Assembly: GCA_013239625.1 (NCBI GenBank)
Contig: MU054098.1
Span: forward strand, 372,001 to 436,000
DNA: 64,000 nucleotides
Direction: 5' to 3'
Source of the DNA: Lama guanicoe
Taxonomy: Eukaryota
Both the position numbers and the translations under genes were made by a program. This document shows, piece after piece, positions 38,629 to 52,580 of the stretch. The notes under the pieces are model-generated. The model was given only the letters and a program-made list of their open reading frames with translations. It made no database searches and was not told the DNA's origin. Every line of letters starts with the position of its first letter. The first letter of the stretch is position 1.

Positions 38629-40446
38629 TTCCTAGCATCTTAGACCTAAGAAGGGATGTGAGGAAGAAGGGGTGGATGAAAATTAGTTTCTGAGATCTCA
38701 ACCAAATATTCTGTGGTTTAAATTGTTGACTCTTCTAATTTAGTTAAACCTGTTGCTTCACAATAAAAGATAAATTTTTAAAAATTCTAAATAGTATCTC
38801 TTCTATTTCAGATTACCTTATTTAGTATTCTAAAAGTGTATTGGCATTAGTAAATAAATGATTATGCATTCATATGGTGAGTTCAGGACTTTGTCTAAAT
38901 GTTTGGATGATCCAAATTCACTGTATAACTTTGGTTAATTAGACAGTATTTCATTTTGCATAGATGATAGTAATTTTTTTAAAAAGCCAGGATACTTTGT
39001 CTATTGTTTTGGATGAATTACATTATAAAACTTTTAAATGGACTTGGGCATTAGTTTTATAAACGTGTTTCTGAATTATTTATATGGCAAGTAAAATGGT
39101 TTACATTCTTTTAAAAAATAATTTAAATTAGGGTATTCTAAAATTAGTCTTTGTCACATGCTTTTGTAAATCCTTTCTTTTACTTCCAAGTATAACAAAT
39201 ACAAGTGATGACTTATTTACATAGTTGCTTTATGATTTTATGATCTATGCTCATGGGGAGAGTGTTAGGGTGTTTTTTCAAATAAATTACATTGCTTTTA
39301 TAATACATTTTTGCTTACATTTGGATAAATGAGATTTTTGTCTGAAAGTTCACAATACCTTAACCGACATAATCAAGACACACTGTGAGGCTTGTAAATG
39401 GATAGAGTAGTGAACATGTGTTTTAGTACCTCAACTGACGTTCAGCTTGTTCTGAATATCACATGTTAATCAGAAGATTCAGAGAATCAACAGAATTATT
39501 ATTTCAGTTACATCTGTGAAAGGAAAATTGTAAAAACAATTAATATAGTGCTTTACTATTAAGAAAGTGCTTGCCTGTACTTTTAAATTTAAGAGCAGTC
39601 CCATGAGCTTGATACTATCCTCATCATTTTACAGCTGAAGAGATAATTAACTTTTCCTAAAGATTCCATTCAATATATGGTTGAGAAGTGACTAAAGCCC
39701 AAACTCGAGCTACTTCACAGTTGTGTAGATTAAATAAGATGTTACTAAAATGATATATATTTTTTCACAATTTTATAATTTACAAAGTGCTTTCTTTTAG
39801 TTATCTCAGTTAATCTTTACAACATCCTATTTCAGAGATGAAGAAACAGTCACCAGACAAATGAAATGTTTTGCTCAAGGCTTAGCCTAAACTTTCTAAG
39901 TTCAGATGTTTAAAATATACCACAGTTCTTTCCATAGCACACTAATGTGTGAAAAGCACTTTGAAACAATGTGCATTCAGACAGGAGAAATAATACTTTA
40001 TTATCTATTGCTCAGCAGCCCCTATTAGTATCAATATGTATATTTGCCTCAGATTATCCACTAAGTGTCAAGTCCACAGTAGATACAGAGTGTTGCTAAT
40101 TTCACTTATCTTTTCATTGAAGTTTATTTCATTTTGGGGGACACTTTAACCTGGTTCTTCATTCAAAAAATAGTATCTGTTTATTTTATATACTTTAATA
40201 ATTTTCTTTTTCATCTTCCTTATACTATGAGAGAGAAGTATATAAAGGCTCAGGTCAATTAGCAAATATTTATAAACCTTTTAAAAGTGAAATGTATAAA
40301 TTTGAATTGAAAATGCAACTTACCCTTCTCTGCTCCACTGGTTAATCATGGAAGAAATAAATACTTTTCAAAATTGGAATGGATATGAATAACTGCCTTG
40401 ATTATTTTGAAAGAAAAAAGTTTCTGTTTTTTTTTTCTGTTTTTAG

Positions 40447-40504
40447 GAATATGATAGAACTGATGGTTTTTCACATGGCCCCTTTGGCTTGAAGCCCAGA
40501 TCAG
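40447..40504 (+). CDS. LRCH2: LRCH2 exon (~17): EYDRTDGFSHGPFGLKPRS
   Basis: long T tract then ttttag| acceptor, CAG|gtaaat donor, 58 nt; FGLKPRS family motif. Confidence 0.95.
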
Positions 40505-41266
40505 GTAAATAAATACTCTGCAAATAAAATTTATTGGTTATATATGAAACAACAGTTTCTCAGCTTAAATGGGATTGATTCCATAGTTTTAAGTACACAT
40601 AGATTCTTTCCCCTCTCCTAAAAGTAATTTTCTCTTAACCTTATTTGTCTTTCCAATTCCCATTCCCCATTTCTTTCTTCCTCTTTACCTTCAAGCTCCT
40701 GAAACCTCAGCTTTTTGCCTTAGATATACTGCAGTCTTATTTCTACTCTACTGTGACTGCTATTAGACTGACCACTCTGCCAGCAAACCAAACACTGTTT
40801 GAAATTATAGCACTCCATTATATTGTGGTTTTAAAAGGGGATCTTTTCGCATTTGGCAAGCCCAAAAGAAAGTGGATCCATGTTACTTGGCAAGGTATTG
40901 AATTATAGTTTTTATTCCTGAATAACTGTTATTGACCTTCAGAAATAATTTCCTTTTTCTTTAAAGATAATAAAGGCTGATTTGTGTTCAATAATAATTT
41001 TTAACCTGGATCATAAGTTTCTAATTACGTATGTTTAAGAACATGTATAGGTGGTAGAAGTCATTACACTTGTCTTCCCTGTTGCTTTCAATTATGCAAA
41101 TAAGTAGATTTCAATTATATTCTCTAAAAAATATTTAGAATGTATTAATAAGTAATAGTGTTTTATGTAGTTTTGTACTGGTTCTTTTTATCATGCCTCT
41201 TTCCCCACCGATGGTTGATCCTTCCTGTTAGCTTTGTAATAAGCTGGGAAATTTCTGTTTTTATAG

Positions 41267-41379
41267 CTTTTAGCCGCTCATCACGCCAGGAATATGGGGC
41301 AGCAGATCCAGGTTTTACAATGAGAAGAAAGATGGAACATCTACGGGAAGAACGAGAGCAAATACGACAACTTCGCAAC
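41267..41379 (+). CDS. LRCH2: LRCH2 exon (~18): AFSRSSRQEYGAADPGFTMRRKMEHLREEREQIRQLRN
   Basis: ttttatag| acceptor, AAC|gtaagt donor, 113 nt; DPxFTxRRKME motif. Confidence 0.96.
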
Positions 41380-41539
41380 GTAAGTCAGATCGACCTTTCA
41401 CATCTGCTTTGTGAGATGAATTTAGCTTGGAAAATTAACAACTCTTTAAAATTTTGGATTATATAACGATTAGTAATATAAGTATGCAGCATAGATATTT
41501 AGGTAGAATATCTGTGATTTATACCCGTTTCTTTTACAG

Positions 41540-41677
41540 AATCTCGAATCCAGGTTAAAAGTAATTTTACCTGATGACATTGGAGCTGCACTGATGGATG
41601 GGGTTGTTCTTTGCCATTTAGCCAATCATATAAGGCCACGCTCTGTAGCTAGTATTCATGTGCCATCACCAGCAGTG
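41540..41677 (+). CDS. LRCH2: LRCH2 exon (~19), CH domain: NLESRLKVILPDDIGAALMDGVVLCHLANHIRPRSVASIHVPSPAV
   Basis: ttttacag| acceptor, GTG|gtaagt donor, 138 nt; calponin-homology LxDGVVLCxLxN signature. Confidence 0.97.
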
Positions 41678-41836
41678 GTAAGTTTTGTCTACAATTTGTT
41701 AGTTCTCTAAAGGAAGATAGAGCTTCTTGAAACAGGTTTTAAATAATGTACCTCAATAAATTTAATTTTCAATATCGATTAATTTTGTATAAATATGCCT
41801 GAAAATATACCTTTTTTTTTTTTTCTTACTTTACAG

Positions 41837-41914
41837 CCTAAACTGAGCATGGCAAAATGTCGAAGAAATGTAGAAAATTTTCTTGATGCTTGTAAAAAGT
41901 TGGGTGTCTCACAG
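41837..41914 (+). CDS. LRCH2: LRCH2 exon (~20), CH domain: PKLSMAKCRRNVENFLDACKKLGVSQ
   Basis: ctttacag| acceptor, CAG|gtaatt donor, 78 nt. Confidence 0.97.
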
Positions 41915-43044
41915 GTAATTATTTTTCTAACAAAATGATCATTTAAATATTAATTTATTACATGTGTATTGGATTCTTCTTCTTCACAATAGGAATGAAT
42001 AATGCTTTCTGAATGTGAAAATGAATGCCTTGCATTGGTACCTTCTATTGAATTCTAGCTTTAACTGTCATAGCTACCTAATGAATGTTTTTAAGCTGCT
42101 TTTAAAGTATTATAAAACAGCTAAATATATGGAAAAAATTTACTTATTATACACATCGTTGAATAAACGTAACTTTGTGGCCATATGACAGGTTGGTTGT
42201 ATGCCATTGATATTCTTATTTTTCCTGATAGGGGACATTTGGACTCCATTGTTATAAATCCATGGCTAGAATCTGATTTGCAGATTTGCATTCAAGGTGG
42301 ATAGCTTTTTTATTTAAAGTGTCAAATTAGAGATCTTAGTAACATATTATGGTAATATCTCACTAAATAAACTTTGACATCTGTAGGAATAGGCTTATGT
42401 TTCATGTAATAATTTTAATACTATACAATTAATAAAGCAATATTGTTAATGTATAATGAAGATAAAAAATCAAAATATTGCTTTTTTGGAGAACATCATA
42501 AGCCTAACATCAACATGTTTGACTGTTAAGAAGGCATGACATTAATAGCAGATCACAATCTAGTTGTACTTTTCTTCCTTTTATTTTTTAAAATTTATTT
42601 TTATTGAGAGAGAATTGACATAATGTTTTATAAGTTTAAGGTGTACAGTGTGTTGATTTGATACACTTACATATTGAGTTGTGTTTGTTAACCTCTCTTT
42701 GCAATTGTGTCATAATATGGTATACAAATTCTACTTTAACCTCTTTCTTCAAGTGAATAAATATAAGTTATGTAGAGAGAAATGTTGAATTACTGTGTAA
42801 TGTGGAAGCTACATGCTGTTCTCATCTAGTTACTTCTCTATGGTTGACATGTTTTAAAAATTTGATTCTTAAACATTTTTTTGGTTTTTTTCTTGTACTC
42901 AATCTCTTAGTGAGAAAATAGAGAAGTTAGGAAGGTTTTTTTCAAGTTATTATTACATTATATACAATTTCCTGTTTTGTCATTTTTGAGTTTTAAGAGT
43001 TTTCAGGAAGGGTTCTCAATAACCATTTATTGAATGAATGTACA

Positions 43045-43160
43045 TTTTACAGATGAGGAAACTGAGACGCAGAGAAGTTAGGGAACTTGGCCAAGGTCAC
43101 ACTTTTAGTAATCAATGGAGCCAAACTATAAACCCCAGTGTTCTAATTCCAGAGTCCACC
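43045..43160 (-). mobile_element. MIR SINE
   Basis: ttttacagatgaggaaactgagacgcagagaagttagggaacttggccaaggtcacac. Confidence 0.85.
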
Positions 43161-43529
43161 CTCTAACTTGAATACTCTATTTCTGTTCTTTTATTTGAAA
43201 GAAAAGATAATCCGACATATCCCTGATACCTTCTTGATACATTAGAAAAGGAGGATAAAAGGGAAAGTCTTATGAAAACTATTAGCATACTCTTGTCTTC
43301 TCTCTCCAGCTTGTTCTAGGGCAATGTTAGTTCCTCACCCATCCTCATCATAAGGGGGGCTATGGAGGGACCAGGCATCGACTCCCATTTTTGAAACTCT
43401 GTAGCTGTTGGCCATGAAGGAAGAGTTTTATTTTTAGCTTCAATTTGTTTTTCCCTGACTTGGAAATGATAATATATTGTTGATTTTTTTTATTTAAATT
43501 TTTTTGTTTGTTTTAGGATATTTTTGTAT

Positions 43530-46500
43530 TTTTAAGTTTTAGTGAAGTATAATTGACATACAATAAAGTGCACATAAGTAAAGTGTACGGCTTGATAAGT
43601 TTTGGCATATCCGTACACCATGAAATCTTCACCATATTCAAGGTAATGAACATGTCCATTACCTGCAAAAGTTTCCTTGTGTCCCTTTGCAATCCTTTCT
43701 TCCCCAGGCAGCCACTAATCTGCTTTCTGTTATTACAGTTTAGTTTGTATCTTCTGTATGGAGTTGTATATAACTGGAATGCTACAGTAGGTACAATTTT
43801 TTTTTCTGGCTCCTTTTACTCAATATAACTATTCTAAGACTCATCAATGTTGTTGCATGTATAAATAGGTCATTCCTTTTTATTGTTGTATAGTAATTCA
43901 TTATATGAATATACCACAATTTGTCAGCTCATTGACCTATTGATGGCCATTTATGTTGTCTCCAGTTTTAGAGATAACTACAAATAAAGCTGCTATGAAC
44001 ATTTATATACAAGTCTTTGGATATATGTGTTCTTTAATTTTGGTTAGATATGTGGGAGTGAAGTGTAGGTGAATGCTTAACATTATAAGAAAGCATAAAA
44101 CTCTTCTCCAAAGTGGTTGTACCATTTTACATTCCTATCAGTAGTGGATAAGAGTTCCAGTTCCTCCATATCCTCAGTAACATTCAATATGGTCAGTGTT
44201 TTTTTAATTTTAGCCATTCTGATAGGTGTGTACTAGTTCATCAGTGTGGTTTTGATTTACATTTCCTGAAGACTAATGTTGTTGATCATCTTTTCAAGGG
44301 CTTATTTGCCATTTATATGACTTCTTTTATGAAGCATCTATTCTAATCTTTTGTCTCTTTTTTAATTGGGTTTTCTTATCATTGAGTTTGAGATTTCTTT
44401 ATAAATTATAAAGTCCTTTATCAGATGTGTGATTTACAAATATTGTATCCCAGTTTTTGCTTCGTCTTTTCATTCTCATTATAGTATCTTTAAGAGAGCA
44501 GAAACTGTACATTTTTATAGTAAAAATTGTCATTTAAAAAAAAATTGATTGTGCTTTTGGTGTCAAACCAAAGAAGTTTTTGCATAACTTAAGATCACAA
44601 AGATTTTATCCTATATTTATTTCTAGAAGTTTTATAATCTTAAGTTTTACATTTAGGTCTATAATCAAATTTTAGTTAATTTTTGTATATGTTGAAAAGT
44701 ATGAATTGAAGTTCTCTTTATTTAAGGCCTGGGATTGGGCATACACATTTTTTAAACATTATTATTGAGATATAATTAACATACCATAATTTCACCCATT
44801 TAAAATGTTTTTAGTGTAGTCACAGAGTTGGGTAACAGTGTAAGTGTAGAATATTTTTATCAGCCCAGAAAGAAACCTCTTACCCTTTAGCAGTCCCTCC
44901 CCTGTTCTGTCTCTATAAATTTGCCTGTTCTGGACATTACATATTAATGACATCACATAATATGGAGTCTTTTGTATCTGGCTTCTTTCATTTAGTGTAA
45001 TGTTTCCAAGCTTCATCCATGTTGTAGCATAAAGTAGTACAGATACACCCAGTTTTATTGAGTTTCATTTTATTGTGCTTCACAGTTACTGCATTTTTTA
45101 CAAATTGAAGGTTAACTGGCAACTGTGCATTGTTAGATGATGATTAGCACTTTTTAGCAATAAAGTATTTTTTAATTAAAGTTTGTGTTTTAGACGTAAT
45201 GATATTGTACATTTAAATACTACAGTATAGTGTAAACATGACTTTTATATGGACTAGAAAACAAAAACTCACGTGGCTCACTTTATTATGATAGTCGCTT
45301 TATTTCGGTGGTCTGAAACTGAACTCCCAATATCTCTGAGGTCTGCCTGTACTTCATTTTTTAGGTCCTATTCCATTGTACGTAAATACCACAGTTTATT
45401 TACCATTCATCAGCTGGTGGATATTCGAGCTGTTTCCACTCATTGTTTATTATGAATAATGCTGCTATGAACATTCATGGACAAGGTTTTGTTTAAACAC
45501 TTGTTTTAATTCTCTTACTTAAATACTTTGGAGTGGGCTTGCTAGGTTCTATGGTAACTCTGTGTTTATCTTTTGAGGAACTACTAAGTTATTTTCTAAT
45601 TTACATTCTCACCAGCAATGCATGAGGGTTCTAATTTTTCCACACCTCACCAACAGGGATTATTGTTTACCTTTTTGATTCTGGTCATCCTAGTGGGTGT
45701 GATTAGCATTTCCTTAAAGGCTAATGATGTTGGGCATCTTTTTGTGTGCTTATTGACTATTTATATACATTCTTTAGAGAAATGTCTTTTCAAATCCTGT
45801 GCCCATTTGTTAATTGAATTAGTCACTTTTTTATTATTAAGTTCTTTATATATTCCAGATACAAGTTCCTTATGAGATATATTATCCTAGTTGCTGAGAG
45901 TTCTTATCAGGAATGGATGTTGAATTTTATCAAGTACTTTTTCTGCATCTACGGAGATAACTTTTTTTCCTTTCACAACATTGTGAACTACATTGGTTGA
46001 CTTTCAGATGTTAACTCAAACCTGGACTCCTGGGATAAACCGCACTTGGTCATGATAGATTTTGTTGTTGTTATTTTTATGTTTTGGGGCTAAATTTGGT
46101 AAAATTTCGTCTAGACTTTTTGCTTCTAAGTTGATGGGGTTATTGGCTTTGGTTTTCTTTTTTTCTTAATGTCTTTCCCTGGCTTTTGTGTCAAGGTAAT
46201 GCTGACCCCATGGAATCTGTTCAGAAGTATTCCCTGCTCTTAGTTTTCATGAAGATTTTGGGTAGAATTGATATTATTTCTTTATTAAATATCTAGTTAA
46301 ATTCATTATTGAACTTTGAACCCATCTAGGCAAGGGATTTTCTTTGTGGGAAAGTTTTTAACTACAATTTAATTTTCTTTAATAGATATAGGGGTCTTCT
46401 AGTTTCCTATTTCTTTTTGCATGAGCTTTGGTATTCTGTGTCTTTTGAAGAATTTGTCCATTTCACCTAGTTTGTCAAACTTACTGTCATACTATTGTTT

Positions 46501-46830
46501 ATAATGCCCCCCTTATTATCATTTTAGAATTTGTAGAATCTCTTGTGATATCCCCTCTTTTATTCCTGATATTGGTTGGCAATTTGTGTATTTTCTCTCT
46601 TTTTCCTGATTAACCTAGCTAGGGGTTTATGAATTTTAAGGAATCTTCTCAGTGAACTAATTTGGTTTCATTGATTTTTTTTTGTATAATTATTTTTTTT
46701 AATTTTATTGTTTTTCTTTCTCATCTTCATTATTTCCTTGTTTCTGCTTGCCACTGTTTTAATTTCTCTTTTTCTAGTTTCTAAAGTGGAGGCTGAGGTC
46801 ATTGATTTGAAACCTTTTTTTTCTTTTCTA
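43530..46830 (-). mobile_element. Cluster of nested L1MB/L1M fragments
   Basis: Two L1 3' ends (about 43535 and 44755) and ORF2-derived antisense sequence, e.g. ccaaagtggttgtaccattttacattcc and ggaatggatgttgaattttatcaa. Confidence 0.8.
45040..45349 (+). mobile_element. Tigger1-derived internally deleted element (TcMar) with TA TSDs
   Basis: TA|cagatacacc ... atatctctgaggtctgcctg|TA ends; internal ttttttacaaattgaaggtt and gatgatgattagcactttttagcaataaagtattttttaattaa. Confidence 0.85.
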
Positions 46831-48369
46831 ATATATACGTCAGTGGGTTTTTTGAATAAAAAAGGAAAATAATAGGAGGGCAACAAATGTTGCAGTGAAA
46901 ATGTAGTGAGAAGATAGTTTTTGAGAACTCTTTTGATAAATGGGATATTATCAGTAGTATTTGGTGATTGAGTTATGAGAGTAAGGAAGAATAATATTAC
47001 TATGATTCCTAGGTTTATGTTGAGAGATTGAATAGTGTATTACTGATTGAGGTATAGAATACAGAAGGGGAAGTTAATTTAGTGAGGAATTCGTTCTGTT
47101 GTGGACGAATTGATTTTAATATGTCTCTTGGGCATCTGTTTGGCTGTGTCAAGTTGACATTTGTATCTGGAGCTCAATAGAGAAATCTTGGCAGGAAATA
47201 AACATCTGAAAGTCATCAGGATGGAAGATGCAGTTGTTACTGTTTGGGAATAGGGGCTCAATCTTGCCAATTCTTCCAATGTTTCAAGAAACACTGGATT
47301 TTTAAAAAGTAATATTTTTAGATTTGTAAAACATTGTGCTAGCCAACTAAAACACAATTATGGACCAGATGAGACCTGTTGTTTGCCACCCACTCTGTTC
47401 ACTGCTAGCTTATTTTCCTGAGAAGAATGAGTGTCCCAACTGAAGCAGTGGACTGCATCATTTCTTCAAAACTGCCACCAAATTTATTTGATGTTGTGCA
47501 CATGCATGCAAACCCTCAGTTAAAACCCTTGCAGTTTTTAGAAGGCTTTGAGAATACCAAGCAGAAGATACAGTATAAGAAGAGAAGCTGGTGAAGACAG
47601 AAGGTTGTTAGAAGACATTAAGGTTGTTAGAAGAGGATCAGTGAAGGCTAATGAAACCTAATGTAAAGTTGTTTCTAAACCCTCTTTCTCATAGAGTTGT
47701 GAAGATCAAATAACACATGTGATGTCTTAGAAGAGGAGGCAGTTGTTATTTATCAAATTGTAGACTATTGGAACTAAGAAGCAACACAACATCACTAGAA
47801 GCTGGAGGGAAGTAACCTTAAGACAAATAAAGTACTGAAGTGCTACATACATCACAGACCACGGAACCTCATAACTGGTAGAAAGAACGAGAGTGGCTAG
47901 TTTTGTACAGGACTCAGCAGTTTACAAAGTGCTTCCATAGATAGATTGTTCTGTTTGTTTCTCACACAGTCCCGTCTCCAGATGAAGAAACAGAGTCTCA
48001 GAGAATTTTAGTACCTTTAGTACTTCATATTGTATGACCCTTACATCTGTTGGATGGAAATGTACTCTTTCTGCTCCAGCATGAGAGCTTAGGGAACATC
48101 TAGCACCACCATCTCACTTTAAAATATTTGCTTATTATATGGATCAGACCAACCTCAGATCAAAACACAGACCGTAAAATAGAATTCCCTACCATAAAGG
48201 TCTATTGAAACAGACATTTTAGAATTAGAATTTAATTTAATTAGAATTGTGTACTTTTTACTTGAAGTTCTATCGAAAGTATGTTTTAAAAACCCAGTTC
48301 TGACTTACTCAGGCTTTGCTGCACTATTAAAAAAACAGATGTTCAGATACCATTTGTTTTGTTTTTCAG

Positions 48370-48489
48370 GAAAGACTTTGTTTGCCTCATCATATTTTGG
48401 AAGAAAGAGGTCTTGTGAAAGTTGGTGTCACAGTTCAGGCTCTTCTTGAATTACCTACAACCAAGGCATCTCAGCTTTCTACAGCTTGA
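48370..48489 (+). CDS. LRCH2: LRCH2 terminal coding exon (~21): ERLCLPHHILEERGLVKVGVTVQALLELPTTKASQLSTA*
   Basis: tttttcag| acceptor, 120 nt ending in TGA at 48487-48489. Confidence 0.96.
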   Translation, partial: ERLCLPHHILEERGLVKVGVTVQALLELPTTKASQLSTA

Positions 48490-51165
48490 TGTTAACATTT
48501 AAAAATCATAATTGTCTAGTTTCATTTATTTGAAGTGATTTCAAAGATCTCAAATGTATGAATAAGGATGTCTGATCAAAAATGATTTTATTAGATCAAG
48601 CCTTAGGTTTAAGGGAAATTCTGTTAAAACATCAAAATTAAATTTTGAGTTTCCCATACTTCTTTTGGGGGAAAACTGGATCAACCCAATAAGAGTTTGT
48701 GTTAAATTCAAATTCTCTTCTTACTACGTCAGTTGATAATCTTGATTATTTTTCAACAATCAGATTAATACTAAATTTAAAACATGGTTTCAATTTAATA
48801 ATCACATTAGGTTTAATTTTTTTTATATCATAGCATACTGGTAAACATCTGGATAAGGAAATCATTTTTTTACCAATTTAAAACAGTTCTATATTTGAGT
48901 TATTTAATACACTTGTAATCCTAGTTTATACACAGTTTCTTCAATCTTTGGTCTTAGTTTTCTAGAAAAAATGTGAGTAGAAAATACAGAACTCTGGCTT
49001 TATATTAAATTCTTTTAGTATTATAGGTTGGTGCCAAAATATTTTCAGTTGTACTGTAGATTGTTTACATGTGAAGTGCCTGTGTAACTGATGACTCATA
49101 TAGTCTTAAGCATTTTTGCAATTTCTTTTTATGTATTAATGGAATCAATGGAATTTTAAAATATTTTAGTAGATTTTGTAAGTTCAGTAATATGTGAGGA
49201 TAAATATGCCTCACATTGTGACATTTGTGGTTTTTATTTAGTCCGTTGCAGTTTTCTTAAATTGGTTGTTTCATGTTGTCAAAAACAATGTTAATATGCT
49301 TAATTTATGATATTTAATTTTGCAAAACTTAATCATCTTTTAAAATGTATTATTTGAAGAGTATTTTATTTCTGTATCGAAAATGTTACACAAAGCAGTA
49401 AGGTTTTTGAGAACTAGCAAAGTACTTAATTATCAAGGACATTTTGATAAAACTGCCAAAGTTTGGGTTTTTGTCTTGACTTTCAGGAACGTTATTACAT
49501 CAGTGTGCTGCCTTTTGTTATATTCAGATTCAGAGAGCAGCAATTGAAGAGTAGGTTTTTATTTGAAATCTGCCCATTTGTGGATCCTGTAAATCTTATG
49601 ATCCTCAATTAACAAGATGTTGAAATGAACACAGACCATTCTATAAATCTTTTCATAAGTATACGGTGTTACATAAAGTCCTTGTTTAATTTAGAGGTGG
49701 ATAAATTTATGTTGGTAGTAGTGCAGATATTTTTCAAAAACATTACTGTAATGAATAACTCAATTTCCTATAAAGAAACTTAGTAAATTACTTTTGTAGT
49801 AGTCAAGCAAGTATCATATCTTAAATATGTGATTATTTGCACTTGTTACCTCTTAATATGGATGCAACTTACTGAAAATGTTGGCCTGGGTATTTCAAAG
49901 GTATATATGAAAGGTTAAAAACTATTGTGCCAAATGATATAGTAAGGGTTGGTTTAGGAACAACTCTGCTTTTTTTTTTGATCAGTTGGCATGAAGCCAT
50001 ATAATTAAGTTTTGGCTTTAGAATACAGATGTGTTCTTTACATTTCAAGGGTCAAATTGGAGCTTTTAAAGAATTAAAGCTTTTTATGACTAAAACATTT
50101 AAAAATTAAATTATTAGTAATTTATTACTTTAAATATTTGAGCTAATTAGTTACTATTTTTCAGTTGGATCTTAAAAAAAAAACCTCATTGACATAATCA
50201 ATCTCCCTAGTGAAAATTTGGGTAATAAAGATAAAAAATGACAACTAAATATCTTAGTTGTTAGTTTTTAATGTAAAAATTTGACAATGTTACAAATAAA
50301 GTGATCATTAAAAGCTGCAGCAATCATTCATACTACTTGCAAAGTTATGTTGTAGGATTCCTCTTGTTAATCAACCTAGATGTTAATTATTTTACAAGTA
50401 TTTTCATGTTTCATATCATTGAAATATTTGTGAAAGTATAGGCCATTTCCTTTTTGCATTTCACTTACTTGTCAATTAATTATTACTTTAAAGAGAAAAT
50501 ACACCAGAAGCTCTGTAGCATTCTTTACTGCAAAGCAAAATTCCATTTAAGATAGTCTCTCTGAGGTGCATACCATGGCAGTTTATTTACTGTAATGGCA
50601 AAAGGCAACACCACCTCTATGACAGTTTCACAGCATAGTTCCCAAGAATATATTATATCAAGGCTCTGATGTATTTCTTTTAGTAGTTTTTAAATAAGTG
50701 TAGAATTTACTCTAAATGGTTTTTATGGTTCTCATATATTTACTTCATCAGTTATTGAATTAAGAATGATCATCATTATATGAATTGGATTTGTGATTTG
50801 AAGAGGGTTAAATAGTGAAACTAAACTATTTTATTAGGCCCTAAAACATGCAGTAGATAGCTACTTCTGCTAAATTTTATTACTGTATGGCACAAGAAAG
50901 AACTGATGTTGGATATGTTAGAATTGAAATAAGGAGTAAAAATCATTACCATTTGTTTAATAATTATCTTTACAGAATGCTAGTTTATTGACTTTTCTAA
51001 CTGAATTTCTTGAAGAATTCAGAAATGTTTGTATTGGTCACAGATCTATCATGATTGATTTTCTGACGCATTTAAAAATAAATGGAACACTAAATGTATA
51101 TTACCGATGCAAACTGTGGATAAAATTGAACGAAAAAATTAAAGTCTGAGATTTCATTTCTCCCT
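48490..51165 (+). other. LRCH2: LRCH2 3' UTR (end approximate)
   Basis: Very AT-rich stretch with no repeats I could recognise. Candidate poly(A) signals: AATAAA at 50224, 50295, 51077 and 51432, ATTAAA at 51138. The true end cannot be fixed from sequence. Confidence 0.6.
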
Positions 51166-52056
51166 TTCTACCTCTTCTCTTAACATCACAGCATCCATTT
51201 TTTTGTAGGTATTTGACAGATTGTGTCTATGTTCTCTAGTTTGGAAAAATAGAATTCAGGAGGACATTCAAAGTAAGTTATTTCAGTCTAGATTCTCTTT
51301 ACATCATGATATTTTTAGTAAGTAATGTTTTCTTTAAAAAAATGATTTCCTAGGATGTCTTCACAAAATGATGTCACCATTATATAAGATAGACTCTGTA
51401 TAACATAAATGTCAGATAAAACTTTACATAAAATAAAAGCTAAGATAGGTCAAATTGTGATTATTTTTATTGTAGATTTTAATGGGAGATATATGACTGA
51501 ATTACCCTTAAACTGTTTCGTAAAAATTTAATCTTTCATTTTCAAGTAATTCTGATTTTTAAAACATTCACATGTTTTATTAAAATGACTGTTATTTATT
51601 CATGATTGTTATTTATCCTAAAAGTAGAGAAGTTATTTAGGTAATAATTAATAAAAGTAATATCATCTCTGTTTTCTACTTACTCACCCTAAAGTCTCAG
51701 ATTTAAAGAAGAACTTAAGTAAATAAATACTTGGCATAAGTTGTTTGAAAATTATTCTAAGTTTATCACAGAATTTTGAATTGTCTTTAGATAATGGTAC
51801 TGAGCTTGTTATTTGCTTTAGTAAATTTTGATATTCTACATGGAATGGTCATAAGGGTCTCAGGAATCTATTCCAGTGTCCGTAGCACTCTGAGAGACTA
51901 GGTTCCCCTTAATTCCTTACTGTATATTAGATTGATTTGGAAATGTCCAGATGGCTTCTGTTCCTTAAGGTGTAATCCTTTCTATTCATGTGTTTTAAAA
52001 CATGAAAAAAAAAATCCTTCTGCTTACGGTGTTTAAATAGCTTAGGTTTTCCACCA

Positions 52057-52060
<4 letters not shown>

Positions 52061-52093
<33 letters not shown>
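52061..52093. repeat. (TG)n microsatellite
   Basis: About 16 TG units seen directly. Confidence 0.95.
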
Positions 52094-52095
<2 letters not shown>

Positions 52096-52580
52096 AATGC
52101 AAGGCTCCAGCTACTTTAGTGAAGGAGAGCCTTACTGTATTGGAAAACAAGAGTTTAGAAGCTATGAGAATTCTGGCATCAGTGTTAAGAATGGAAAACT
52201 GCCAGTTGAATCATTTGAAAGTTACCAAAACTTATAAAAGGGGAAGATTCTTTAAAATGTGATCTTTTAAGAATTTTAAAGAAGTTATTGCATACTATAT
52301 TTTGCATTCTCAAATATATAATTTTGATTACCCTGCCATTTATAGTTAGGAATAAATTCATTTTCACTGTACTCGACTATGTGCATTAAGTACCTACCTA
52401 AATAGGTGAGAAATAGTTATGTACATTATGTAAGTGCAGAGAAGTAGATTTTTCAGATAGCAAATTGAATTTTCCAGAACTTTGTTCAGATACCTCAATC
52501 ACTTCTAATGCAAAGAAATATGAAGTAATGCTGTGTAATTTATAAAGTGGTAATTAAAATTATACCTTAGGGCAGTGATT

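Larger units (their letters stand above)
3402..48489 (+). other. LRCH2: LRCH2 gene body, partial (5' exons lie upstream of the window); 18 coding exons, 558 aa + stop
   Basis: Manual splicing of the exons below gives a continuous frame with consistent intron phases (total 1677 nt). LRR repeats are followed by a CH domain (LMDGVVLCHLANHIRP...CRRNVENFLDACKKLGV), matching the LRCH2 protein as I recall it. Confidence 0.97.

Noticed and set aside
38511..38693. 60-aa ORF overlapping the snoRNA
   Set aside because: No splice or homology support; the sequence is better explained by H/ACA structure.
41158..41266. In-frame hydrophobic extension upstream of exon 41267 (ORF 41158..41466) and alternative AG at 41231
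   Set aside because: The hydrophobicity reflects the T-rich intron end. Using the 41231 AG would add 35 nt and shift the frame.
41163..41378. Antisense 71-aa ORF over an LRCH2 exon
   Set aside because: Shadow of the coding strand, with no independent support.
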